64,000 nucleotides of DNA from an uncultured Candidatus Binatia bacterium (lineage in GTDB: Bacteria; Desulfobacterota; Binatia; UBA9968; CAXXLF01): contig OZ244621.1 in assembly GCA_965218425.1 (NCBI GenBank), forward strand, positions 1,760,001-1,824,000. The letters are read 5' to 3'. Made by a program: the position numbers and the translations under genes. The notes below the pieces were generated by a model. That model had not been told where the DNA came from. It worked only from the letters and a program-made list of their open reading frames with translations, and did not search any database. This document shows, in pieces, positions 41,844 through 51,058 of this stretch; positions within the stretch are counted from its first letter, which is position 1, and each line of letters opens with the position of its first letter.

Positions 41844-42248
41844 ATGGCTACGGTGTCTCGTTTCGGGGTGTCTTTGGAGCAAGATCTGTTGGCGATTTTC
41901 GACCGCAACATCTCAAAGGAAGGGTACGCCAATCGCTCAGAGGCCATCAGGGATCTAATTCGCGATCACCTGATTCAGAACCGAATCAGCAATTCCCATG
42001 AAGAGATTGTTGGGGTGGTAGCGCTTCTCTACGACCACAGAACCCACCGGCTGGGAGATCTCCTCGCTGACATGCAACACAAAGCAGAGGTGAGGATTAA
42101 TACAAGCTTGCACGTGCACTTAGACGAGCATAAATGTCTGGAGGTGATCGTTATCCAGGGAGAGAGCCAAAGAGTTCACGGAGTTGCCGGCCGGCTCATC
42201 GCCACCAAAGGCGTAGAAAACGGAAAGCTTGTAACAACGGTTGCCTGA
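41844..42248 (+). CDS. nikR: Nickel-responsive regulator NikR
   Basis: RFGVSL ribbon, GYANRSEAIRDLIR, YDH, QH, HVHLD.H.CLEV. Confidence 0.96.
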   Translation: MATVSRFGVSLEQDLLAIFDRNISKEGYANRSEAIRDLIRDHLIQNRISNSHEEIVGVVALLYDHRTHRLGDLLADMQHKAEVRINTSLHVHLDEHKCLEVIVIQGESQRVHGVAGRLIATKGVENGKLVTTVA

Positions 42249-42279
42249 GCTGAGGATGGTAAACTTTTTTTACCAATCG

Positions 42280-42306
42280 ATGGCACGAATTATAAATGCA
42301 TAACAC
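42280..42306. promoter_or_regulatory. Putative NikR operator 2
   Basis: ATGGCAC-N13-ATAACAC, same spacing and same GAATTA spacer start as operator 1. Confidence 0.55.
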
Positions 42307-42352
42307 GAATACAGGTTTTCACCAATCCTCTAGGTTCATTGCAGCGACGACG

Positions 42353-43384
42353 ATGACAGAGCGTCGGCATTTGCCGATTCATCTTCGTGAATTCACATTA
42401 TGGGGGCTATTGCCTTTCCTCATGATCATCAGCGCATGTGACAAGAAATCCGATCAGGTATTAGAGCCGGGTAGCGGGAAGCTCAAGGTGGTCACAACCG
42501 TGGCCCCAATTACCAGTATCGTCGAAAACATCGCGGGAGAGAAAATTCAGCTTACCGGGATTATCCCGGAAGGGATGAATTCCCATACCTTCGAGCCCAT
42601 TCCTTCAGACGTTCGCTTTCTGGAGGAGGCCGACCTCATCATCCTCAACGGGCTGGATCTTGAAATTCCAACCTTGAACCTTGCCAAGGCCAGCAAGAAG
42701 AGTGGGGCTACAATACTTCTTCTGGGCGATAAGACCCTTGCCGAAGCGGACTATGCCTTCGACTTCAGCTTCCCGAAGCATCGCGGCCACCCCAATCCTC
42801 ACCTCTGGCTGAACCCAAAATACGTCATGCGGTACACCCGACTCATCGGCCATGAACTTGGACGGTTGGACCCAGAAAACGAGGCTTTCTACAAAAAAAA
42901 CGCCGCCACTTATCTTCTCAGACTTGAGGCCATGGACCAGGCCATCGCTAAAGCGGTGAAGACCATCCCGGATCACAACCGCAGACTGCTGACCTATCAC
43001 GACTCTTGGCCCTACTTTGCCCGCCGCTACGGCTTCCAGGTGATCGGCGCCATTCAGCCCTCAGACTTTTCCGATCCCAGCCCTAGGGAAGTTGCCGGAC
43101 TCATCGAGCAGATCCGAAGGGAAAAGGTGCCCGCCGTGTTTGGATCTGAAGTGTTTCCCAGCCTCGTATTGGAGCAGATTGCCAAAGAGGCCAGGACGAG
43201 ATATGTCGACAAGCTTCGCGATGATTATCTTCCTGGTTCCCCTGGAGACCCTGAGCACTCATATGTCGGCATGATGCTCTACAATACGCGGATCATGTTC
43301 GAGGCCCTGGGAGGCTCCACGGAAGATCTCAACGCCATCGACCCGCAACCCGTGGCCGGTTCCCACGCAAATTACAGAGTGTAA
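42353..43384 (+). CDS. Metal ABC transporter substrate-binding lipoprotein (cluster A-I)
   Basis: Lipobox ISAC, NSHTFEP, NGLDLE, PNPHLWL, TYHDSW.YF, LRDD; start uncertain (42296 overlaps the operator). Confidence 0.9.
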   Translation: MTERRHLPIHLREFTLWGLLPFLMIISACDKKSDQVLEPGSGKLKVVTTVAPITSIVENIAGEKIQLTGIIPEGMNSHTFEPIPSDVRFLEEADLIILNGLDLEIPTLNLAKASKKSGATILLLGDKTLAEADYAFDFSFPKHRGHPNPHLWLNPKYVMRYTRLIGHELGRLDPENEAFYKKNAATYLLRLEAMDQAIAKAVKTIPDHNRRLLTYHDSWPYFARRYGFQVIGAIQPSDFSDPSPREVAGLIEQIRREKVPAVFGSEVFPSLVLEQIAKEARTRYVDKLRDDYLPGSPGDPEHSYVGMMLYNTRIMFEALGGSTEDLNAIDPQPVAGSHANYRV

Positions 43385-43398
43385 GGAGTGATTGTCCC

Positions 43399-44265
43399 AT
43401 GAGCCCAGACCACCATGCAACCGACCATAATACAGGCCGCGGAAGCCTTCACCCCCATGGCTCCATGGAACCGCCCCATGTGGCTCATCATGAAGAAGTC
43501 CCTCTGCTGGAGATTGACCATGTCACCAGCGGTTACGAGAACGGTCCTGCCATACAGGATGTCTCTATCAAGATTTGGCCCGGTCAGTTTGTGGCCGTGG
43601 TAGGTCCCAACGGTGGAGGAAAGACCACTCTACTCAGGACCATCCTTGGTACCATCCGCCCCATTGCTGGAGAGGTGGCTCTGAGAGGACAACCCATGAC
43701 TCCCGGGAGCTTGGGAAGGATCGGCTTTGTGCCACAACTGGAGACCATCGATTGGAATTTTCCCATCACGGTAGAAGAGGTTATTCTGATGGGACTTTAC
43801 CGTAAGAACCACTGGCTCAAACGCATCGGTAAAAAGGATCGGGTGAGACTCAACGAGATGATGGAACGGCTCAATCTTGCGGGTCTGGGCAAACGCCATA
43901 TCAGGGAACTGTCCGGCGGCCAGCAGCAGACGGCCTTTCTGGGTCGCGCCCTGCTGGGGGAGCCGGATCTCATTTTGCTCGATGAACCGGCGGCAGGTCT
44001 GGACATCCGCTCTAGAGATAACGTGATTCACTTCCTGCACGAGATCAATCATCAAGGCGTCGCCATCATTCTCACGGCCCATGATCTGAATTGGGTGGCC
44101 GCTCACCTGCCGTGGGTTATCTGTTTAAATCGCCGGATCGTTGCCGAAGGACAGCCGTCCGAGGTTTTCAACTCCCAGGTCCTACGGGAAACCTACCGGG
44201 GAGAAATGGTGGTTTTCCAGCATGAGGGGATGATTATGGTGGGTGAAAGACCCCACTCTCCCTGA
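43399..44265 (+). CDS. Metal ABC transporter ATP-binding protein with His-rich N-terminus
   Basis: GPNGGGKTT, GFVPQ, FPITVEE, LSGGQ, LLDEP, HDL. Confidence 0.93.
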   Translation: MSPDHHATDHNTGRGSLHPHGSMEPPHVAHHEEVPLLEIDHVTSGYENGPAIQDVSIKIWPGQFVAVVGPNGGGKTTLLRTILGTIRPIAGEVALRGQPMTPGSLGRIGFVPQLETIDWNFPITVEEVILMGLYRKNHWLKRIGKKDRVRLNEMMERLNLAGLGKRHIRELSGGQQQTAFLGRALLGEPDLILLDEPAAGLDIRSRDNVIHFLHEINHQGVAIILTAHDLNWVAAHLPWVICLNRRIVAEGQPSEVFNSQVLRETYRGEMVVFQHEGMIMVGERPHSP

Positions 44266-44283
44266 GCTAATCCAGCTCCCACG

Positions 44284-45105
44284 ATGATTTCCTCTTTTCC
44301 CCTTCAGTATGAGTTTTTTCGCCACGGGCTCTTGGCCGCCATTATTGTTGGCGCGCTGTGCGGTTTTGTTGGAGTCTATGTTGTCTTGCGCAGGATGAGC
44401 TACATCGGCCATGGGCTTGCCCACGCCATCTTTGGCGGCGCGGTCCTTAGCCTAGCCATTAATTTGAACTTCTTCGTTGGGGCGGGAATCTGGGCCCTAA
44501 TGGCGGCGGCTCTTGTCCACCTCATCGCCCACCGCAGATTGGTGGGTGCCGATGCCGCCATCGGCGTGGTCACCACATCCAGCTTTGCCATCGGTGTAGC
44601 GATCGTTTCCTCCCACCGTCGATTCACGAGAAACATTGAAGCGGCGCTTTTCGGTAACATCTTAGGAATCACACAAACTGATCTCTGGATTATTGCCTCC
44701 ATCGCGCTGCTGGTTTCCATAGGCATTATTATGATTCGACGGCAGCTCCTTTTCTCCACCTTCGACCCCGAGGTGGCATCCGCATATGGAATCTCCACTG
44801 GCTGGACCGATCTTGTATTTGTCCTTCTGCTCGCCGTTACCGTCCTGGCGTCAACACAGATCCTTGGCGTCACTCTCGTCGCCGCCGCCATTGTAATTCC
44901 CCCAGTAATCGCCCGCTACTTGACGCGGAGTTTCCATTCCCTGCTCATCATCTCGCCCATCATCGGCGCCCTATGCGGCGCGGTGGGTATGATCCTGAGT
45001 TTTTACCTCGATATTTCCTCCGCCGCCATGATCGTATTAACCGCCACTGTGCTCTTTATTGTGGTTGAGGCTGGTCTCACCCTAAAAAGAGCCTTGACCA
45101 CCTGA
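44284..45105 (+). CDS. Metal ABC transporter permease
   Basis: GVYVVLRRMSYIGHGLAHA, DAAIG, LFGNILG, TFDPE.A. Confidence 0.93.
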   Translation: MISSFPLQYEFFRHGLLAAIIVGALCGFVGVYVVLRRMSYIGHGLAHAIFGGAVLSLAINLNFFVGAGIWALMAAALVHLIAHRRLVGADAAIGVVTTSSFAIGVAIVSSHRRFTRNIEAALFGNILGITQTDLWIIASIALLVSIGIIMIRRQLLFSTFDPEVASAYGISTGWTDLVFVLLLAVTVLASTQILGVTLVAAAIVIPPVIARYLTRSFHSLLIISPIIGALCGAVGMILSFYLDISSAAMIVLTATVLFIVVEAGLTLKRALTT

Positions 45106-45259
45106 TCGCATCTTGATGTCAAGACCTCTTGAGCCCTTGTCCGCGGACCGGCGGTTCGACGTTTTGGAGTCCTGGCGCTGGCTCCAGGGCTGATAACGAG
45201 AACCATTGAGAGCGGCGGGTGGTTTAAATATTCTGGCGGTTCCTGCTAAGAAGGAGAAA

Positions 45260-46186
45260 ATGAAACCACTGGGTTACGTCGGGACCGCTGTTTTTCTTAT
45301 GAGTGCGCTAGTCACCGCATGGTTTCTTCGGGGCCGTGAACTGCCTTCTTCCCCTGAGTCCCAAGGCTCGTCTCAACCCCAATACACTCTCGAACAGTAT
45401 CTCACGGCCGTCTACGCCCGTGATTTTAACAAAGCGTACCAATGGATCTCGGCCGAGGACCGCCAGGTAAAGAGTCGTGAGCAATACCTGAGGGAGAACC
45501 CATCCTTGTCCGGTCCGGCTTTACGCTTGGTACGCACCCTGGCCCGCCGGATGGAAGTCAAGGATATGCGCAGTGCTTCCCGCGGGATCAGAACGACCCT
45601 CCGTTTCAACCTCCGACTACCCGACGCTAGCGATCCAACCTTGCAAAAGATCTTTATGGAATTTGACCTTGACCGCCTCGGCGCTCTTACCGCAGAACAG
45701 AGTCAGACCATCGAGCAACAACTTAAAACCCTGGCGAATAAGAACAGGCTCCCCATGTCGGACGGGGAAGAACAATGGGAACTGGTCAAAGAAGCGGATG
45801 GCTGGCGCGTATTCCTCAACTGGGCCGGCGCCACTCGAGTTTTATTTAAGGCGAAGGTCATGGAAGGGTTGCCCTGGAGTTTTAAACCCATGCAAGATCG
45901 GGTTTCCGCTAAACCGGGTGAAACGCTTCTGGCCATATACAAGGCGAAGAATCTGTCCGATAAACCTGTCACGGCCAAGGCCCGCCACATTGATGAGCCG
46001 AAAGAATTGGCTTCGAAGCACCTTGAAATTGTTCAGTGCTTCTGCTTCATTCAGCAGACACTGGCTCCTGGAGAAGAGAAGGAATTCCCCCTTATCTTTA
46101 GAATCAACTGGAAAACCCCGGCTGAAGCCAAGGAGTTCCAAGTCTCCTATGAGTTCTATCCCATCGACCGGTTTCCGGAAAATTAA
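45260..46186 (+). CDS. Membrane-anchored protein with C-terminal CtaG/Cox11-like copper chaperone domain
   Basis: LPW.F.P.Q......PGE.....Y.A.N, QCFCF..Q.L.PGE...P..F, SY.F; RBS AAGGAG before ATG 45260. Confidence 0.78.
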   Translation: MKPLGYVGTAVFLMSALVTAWFLRGRELPSSPESQGSSQPQYTLEQYLTAVYARDFNKAYQWISAEDRQVKSREQYLRENPSLSGPALRLVRTLARRMEVKDMRSASRGIRTTLRFNLRLPDASDPTLQKIFMEFDLDRLGALTAEQSQTIEQQLKTLANKNRLPMSDGEEQWELVKEADGWRVFLNWAGATRVLFKAKVMEGLPWSFKPMQDRVSAKPGETLLAIYKAKNLSDKPVTAKARHIDEPKELASKHLEIVQCFCFIQQTLAPGEEKEFPLIFRINWKTPAEAKEFQVSYEFYPIDRFPEN

Positions 46187-46225
46187 CAAAGATTCTTTTT
46201 GAATATTCCTTCCGCAAGAATCTAA

Positions 46226-46843
46226 ATGCAGCGCCCTTCGATCTTAAAGCAGACCCTTTGGCCACTGGTGGTCTTATTCGTACTAGGAACAGGCGCTGCC
46301 GGATATTGGCAATGGCGTGGGGGAAAGCTTCCTGAACCCCTTCAGGCGATCTTTCCGTCACCCAAGGGAACCCTGGAAATTCGTCTCAAAGATCACCGGG
46401 AGGCCATCAAGGATTTCGCGAAGCTCGAAGTGAACGTGAAGACGGTGCGACTCGGCCAAAAGAGAGAAGGGAATACGGTAAATACCGAATGGAAGGAACT
46501 CAGTCCTTCAGTAAAACAAGTGGATTTGACTCGATATACGGGAAAGGACTCCGCAGTAATATTCAATGGCAAGCTGGCACGGGGCCATTTCGACGGGATC
46601 CATTTAAAACTAGAACCTGTCAGAGGCCTACTGAAGAAAAACCAGAAGGAAGTCATTATCGAGAACCTGATCCGCCCAATCAAACTTCCCTTTTCCATCC
46701 ACCCGAGAACGGATACCGGCATTGTCTTGGATCTCGTGGTCCTTGATATCAGCGACCATCCTCCGCGCGGATATGAACTTCACATTAAAGGGTACGAGCT
46801 CCATACCGGTGGACGATTAGTCCAAAAGATTCCTCCGGTTTAA
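46226..46843 (+). CDS. Membrane-anchored periplasmic protein, DUF4382-like
   Basis: N-terminal TM, GTLEI.LKD, W..L......DL, IVLD pattern. Confidence 0.55.
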   Translation: MQRPSILKQTLWPLVVLFVLGTGAAGYWQWRGGKLPEPLQAIFPSPKGTLEIRLKDHREAIKDFAKLEVNVKTVRLGQKREGNTVNTEWKELSPSVKQVDLTRYTGKDSAVIFNGKLARGHFDGIHLKLEPVRGLLKKNQKEVIIENLIRPIKLPFSIHPRTDTGIVLDLVVLDISDHPPRGYELHIKGYELHTGGRLVQKIPPV

Positions 46844-46877
46844 CCGATCCAGAAACAGCCCGGACAAACCGATCCAG

Positions 46878-47540
46878 ATGACCGACAAACGTCCTATTCT
46901 CCATATCGTTTTCAGCGCGTTCATACTCTTATTGCTCGGCGGAATTATCACCTGGAGTCTCAAGGTTGGACCCGGATTTTGGTCCCTCAGAGGAGGAAAT
47001 CAAAAATCTCTGGCGATACATGGGGATTTCGGCACCGTACCCGATTTCTCATTAACTGAACGGAGCGAAAGGGCCATTACTAGGCGGGACCTTCACGGCC
47101 AGATCTGGATCGTCAATTTTATCTTCACCGCCTGTAAAGAGACCTGCCCTGCTCAAAGCGCCGCCATGGCTCGACTGCAAGCCGACACAGACCTCAAAGG
47201 AAAAATCAAACTTGTGTCCATCACCGTGGATCCGAAACGAGACACGCCGGAAATCCTCACCCGGTATGCGAATCGCTTAGGAGCCCACCCCGAGCAGTGG
47301 TATTTCTTAACCGGGACCAAGGAGGAGATCTATGGCTTGGCCCAGGAGGGTTTCCGACTCGGCGCCGCCCAGGTCCCAAATAGTAGCGACAGCCCGGCAT
47401 ACATCCATAGCTCCAGGCTCGTCTTGGTGGACGGGGAAGCGACAATTCGGGGTTACTACGAGAGCGCCGACCCCAAGGCATTGCACAAACTCACCCAGGA
47501 TATAAAATTGATCCTGAAGCGAGAAAAGGCCTATGGCTAA
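46878..47540 (+). CDS. SCO1/SenC family copper chaperone
   Basis: PDFSLT, FIFTACKETCP (CxxxC), SITVDP.RDTP, W.FLTG, HS. Confidence 0.93.
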   Translation: MTDKRPILHIVFSAFILLLLGGIITWSLKVGPGFWSLRGGNQKSLAIHGDFGTVPDFSLTERSERAITRRDLHGQIWIVNFIFTACKETCPAQSAAMARLQADTDLKGKIKLVSITVDPKRDTPEILTRYANRLGAHPEQWYFLTGTKEEIYGLAQEGFRLGAAQVPNSSDSPAYIHSSRLVLVDGEATIRGYYESADPKALHKLTQDIKLILKREKAYG

Positions 47541-48408
47541 AAAATCCAAGAAAAAGAACAAACAGGCGAGTGCGGCGGCCGCACCGCCCGCACTCCGGTC
47601 CATACCCAACTGGCCACTCCTTGGCCTGGCATTAATCGGAATGGGGCTTACGATCTACCTCACTACCACGGCTTGGACCGGGCAAGAAGTGGCAGGCTGC
47701 ACGGTGGGCAGCGGATGTGATGTGGTCTTGAACAGCCGCTGGGCTACTCTATTTGGATTGCCCACTTCGTTGTGGGGCTTCCTCGCTTATGCTGGCCTTG
47801 GAGGAATCGCATTTATCAAGCGTACCGATATCCACTGGAAATTGGCATGGATTGTCTCTCTGGTGGGCGTTTTTTACAGCGTCTACCTGACATCCGTTTC
47901 CTTTACTAAGCTAGACGCCGCCTGTCCGTACTGTCTCGCTTCGCTATCCCTAATGCTGGCCAGCCTGGGCGCCGTCAGCTACCAGTGGCCAAAAGATCTC
48001 GTCGGCTTCTCCTGGGGTTCCTGGACCCTAAAGACCGTCCCTGCCGGGCTCATCCTCGTGCTGGCACTCCACTTGAACTACACAGGCACCGGGGGTGAAA
48101 CTGCGGGGATCGCTGAAGACCCCAAGCTCCGTAGCCTGGCGGAGCACCTAGAAAAGGCTAATGCCAAATTCTACGGGGCGTTCTGGTGTCCCCACTGCGA
48201 AGAGCAAAAAGCGATGTTCGGATCTTCCGCTCACCGTTTACCTTACGTTGAATGCAGCCCAAGGGGACGAAGGGCCCCCCAGGCGACTACTTGTAGAGTC
48301 ATGAGCATTCGAATTTATCCCACATGGATTATAAACGGCCGCCGCTATACCGGTAGGCTAAGCTTGAAGGAACTGGCCCGCCGCAGCGGCTTTAACAGCA
48401 CTTTCTAA
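47533..48408 (+). CDS. VKOR-thioredoxin fusion (disulfide bond formation)
   Basis: C.....CD.VL.S.W, CPYC, then FYGAFWCPHC..QK..FG, PYVEC, YPTWIING. Confidence 0.9.
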   Translation: MAKKSKKKNKQASAAAAPPALRSIPNWPLLGLALIGMGLTIYLTTTAWTGQEVAGCTVGSGCDVVLNSRWATLFGLPTSLWGFLAYAGLGGIAFIKRTDIHWKLAWIVSLVGVFYSVYLTSVSFTKLDAACPYCLASLSLMLASLGAVSYQWPKDLVGFSWGSWTLKTVPAGLILVLALHLNYTGTGGETAGIAEDPKLRSLAEHLEKANAKFYGAFWCPHCEEQKAMFGSSAHRLPYVECSPRGRRAPQATTCRVMSIRIYPTWIINGRRYTGRLSLKELARRSGFNSTF

Positions 48409-48434
48409 ACTTCAACCTACATCAGCAGGCAATC

Positions 48435-49010
48435 ATGAATGACATTATCATCCAAGCCTTCGAAGATAGCATCCAGGCCAAAAGGGCATTTCTCGATGAA
48501 AATCTCCACACTATGGTGAAGGTCATTGACCGCATCTGCGAGGTCCTTGCCAAGGGTAACAAGCTCCTTCTCTTCGGCAACGGGGGGAGCGCCGCAGACG
48601 CCCAACACATTGCCGCCGAATTCGTCAACCGATTCCGCATTGAGCGGCCGCCTCTAGCCGCCCTCGCCCTCACCACGGATACCTCCGCCCTCACCAGCAT
48701 CGCCAACGACTATGACTACAAAGAGATCTTCGCCAAGCAGGTGAAGGCTCTGGGAAAAGAAGGCGACCTCGCCGTGGCCATCTCCACCAGCGGGAACGCG
48801 GCCAATGTCTTAGCGGCCATTGACGCCTGCAAGAAACTCAAAATCACTACAGTGGGACTCACCGGTGGGGATGGAGGGAAAATGTCCCGGCGGACCGATT
48901 TCCTACTGCGTGTCTCGGCAACGAAAAGCACCGCACGGATCCAGGAAACTCATATCCTGGTGGCCCATGTTATCTGTGAAACGGTAGACCAAAAGCTCTT
49001 CCCTTCTTAA
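48435..49010 (+). CDS. gmhA: Phosphoheptose isomerase
   Basis: GNGGSAADAQHIAAE, ANDY, ISTSGN, RIQE.H. Confidence 0.96.
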   Translation: MNDIIIQAFEDSIQAKRAFLDENLHTMVKVIDRICEVLAKGNKLLLFGNGGSAADAQHIAAEFVNRFRIERPPLAALALTTDTSALTSIANDYDYKEIFAKQVKALGKEGDLAVAISTSGNAANVLAAIDACKKLKITTVGLTGGDGGKMSRRTDFLLRVSATKSTARIQETHILVAHVICETVDQKLFPS

Positions 49011-49030
49011 ATCTCTCACGGCCTCAAGCG

Positions 49031-49981
49031 ATGGCGAAAAAAATATTCAGGCCCTTGAGTTTCCCGAAGGCCAAAACCTACCCGCTGAAAAGGCGCTTTA
49101 GCAAGGTCCAGCAGACCCATTTTGGCAAGCCCTCAGCTAAAGGAGCCCGGCTTCGCTCCTTTCTGAACGGCTTACCCAATATCCTAGCCGCCCAAAATTT
49201 CAAGGAAGTGACGCGTAACATTGCAAAGGCCCACAGGAGAAACAAGACCGTCTTGCTGGGAATGGGAGCCCACTCCATAAAGGTCGGCCTGAGTCCGCTG
49301 ATCATTGATTTCATGCAAAAGGGAATCATTAGTGCCGTGGCAATGAACGGCGCATGCATCATTCACGATTTCGAGCTCGCGCTAATGGGGCAAACCTCCG
49401 AGGATGTAGCCGTGAGCCTGAAGGATGGAAGTTTTGGAATGGCAGAGGAGACCGGGGCCTTTTTGAATGAGGCAATTTCCAAGGGCCATGAGCGAGGAGA
49501 AGGAATTGGCCCAGCCGTTGGCAAAGCCCTCGTTCAAAACAAGCTGCCCCACCGACGTCTGAGCATTCTCGCTGCGGGCGCCCGACTGGGCGTCCCCATT
49601 ACTGTCCACGTGGGTATCGGCACGGATATCATTCACATGCACCCCAAGGTGAATGGGGCCGCCCTGGGCGCCGGGAGCCTGGAAGATTTTCACACCCTGA
49701 CCTCCGTAGTAGCGACGCTGAAGGACGGGGTCTATGTCAATTTGGGATCGGCGGTGATTTTACCTGAGGCCTTCTTGAAGGCACTTAACCTGGCCCGTAA
49801 CCTGGGTCACTCCGTAAACAACCTCACCACGGTAAACTTGGATTTCCTCGCCCACTACCGCCCCCTCACCAACGTCGTCGCACGACCAACGTCGGGCAGC
49901 GGTAAGGGATTTCATTTTGCCGGACACCTCGAGATCATGGTGCCGTTACTGTTTGCCTCCGTTATAGAGGAATTGGCGTAG
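49031..49981 (+). CDS. Conserved protein with deoxyhypusine-synthase-like features
   Basis: GMGAH.IKVGL, AMNGA..IHDFE, FGMA.ETG, HVGIGTDI.H.HP, NLGSAVILPE, GH.EIM.P. Confidence 0.65.
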   Translation: MAKKIFRPLSFPKAKTYPLKRRFSKVQQTHFGKPSAKGARLRSFLNGLPNILAAQNFKEVTRNIAKAHRRNKTVLLGMGAHSIKVGLSPLIIDFMQKGIISAVAMNGACIIHDFELALMGQTSEDVAVSLKDGSFGMAEETGAFLNEAISKGHERGEGIGPAVGKALVQNKLPHRRLSILAAGARLGVPITVHVGIGTDIIHMHPKVNGAALGAGSLEDFHTLTSVVATLKDGVYVNLGSAVILPEAFLKALNLARNLGHSVNNLTTVNLDFLAHYRPLTNVVARPTSGSGKGFHFAGHLEIMVPLLFASVIEELA

Positions 49982-50260
49982 CCTCCTCAATAACCTAACC
50001 ACAAATGTTCGCTGACTACCGCCGATACTCGACAGCAAAGAGCATAGCGCATCGCGTCCGCTTTTTAGCCGTCAGCTATCAGCTTAAGATACGAAGCAAG
50101 GGGCATGGGATATGCAGGGGTTAGGGTTCGGAACCCAACTCCTCCCGCCCCTGCGGCGTCATTTCTGCAACTTAAAAAAGTAATCTCCCCTGAGAGGCTA
50201 CTCAGTTGGGAATCGGGGTTTACGCTGTCCGGCTTTTCCGTTAAATTGTCCCCGACGGCC

Positions 50261-51058
50261 ATGAAGACAAGCCTCATCACCTTGACTACGGACTTCGGTC
50301 ACAGGGACGCCTTCGTGGGCACCATGAAGGGAGTCATCCTAGGTGCCAATCCGAAGGCGAGCATTGTGGATCTCAGCCACGGCATTCCGCCACAGAATAT
50401 TATGGCCGGCGCCATGGTTCTCAGTGGAGCCGTCCCGTTTTTTCCCGCTGGAACCATTCATATAGCCGTGGTGGACCCCGGTGTAGGCAGCGAGAGACAT
50501 CCTATACTGATTCAATCCGAGAGGGAGTTTTTTGTTGGACCGGACAATGGCATTTTCAGCCTGGTGATGAAGGGACGGAAGGTGAAGCGGATCGTTGAGC
50601 TCTCCAAAGACACCTATCATCTGAAACCCACGAGCTCCACCTTCCATGGGAGAGACATCTTCGCCCCCGTGGCAGCCCAACTTTCCCTGGGCCAGTCAAC
50701 CAAAAAACTTGGAACCCCTGTGGATGATTTCATCCGTCTCCCCTGGCCCGAGGTTATCACAAATCAAAATTCCGTAAGGGGCGAAGTCATTTACGTTGAC
50801 GGTTTCGGCAACCTGATTACCAACATAGGAGAGGACACCCTTGCTCCCTTCCCAAGGAACAGGCTATTGACTAACATAGGCCCGGTTCAGATCCACGGGC
50901 TTTCCTCCAGCTATTCCTCGGTTCCGGATGGCGATGCGGTGGCGGTGATGAATAGCTGGAAGTTTCTGGAAATCGCCGTGCGCAACGGCTCTGCCGAAAA
51001 ACAGACGGGCAAAGCGGTTGGCGCGCCCGTTGAGGTAACGCTCTCAGATGGACAGTAA
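50261..51058 (+). CDS. SAM hydrolase / chlorinase-fluorinase family protein (DUF62)
   Basis: ITLTTDFG..D.FVG.MKG, VVDPGVGS.R, GPDNG, TFHGRDIFAP, DGFGN.ITN. Confidence 0.92.
   Translation: MKTSLITLTTDFGHRDAFVGTMKGVILGANPKASIVDLSHGIPPQNIMAGAMVLSGAVPFFPAGTIHIAVVDPGVGSERHPILIQSEREFFVGPDNGIFSLVMKGRKVKRIVELSKDTYHLKPTSSTFHGRDIFAPVAAQLSLGQSTKKLGTPVDDFIRLPWPEVITNQNSVRGEVIYVDGFGNLITNIGEDTLAPFPRNRLLTNIGPVQIHGLSSSYSSVPDGDAVAVMNSWKFLEIAVRNGSAEKQTGKAVGAPVEVTLSDGQ

Noticed and set aside
50105..50260. N-terminal extension of the DUF62 ORF (likewise 45206-45259 and 42296-42352)
   Set aside because: Family similarity or RBS points to downstream starts; the extensions overlap intergenic or regulatory sequence
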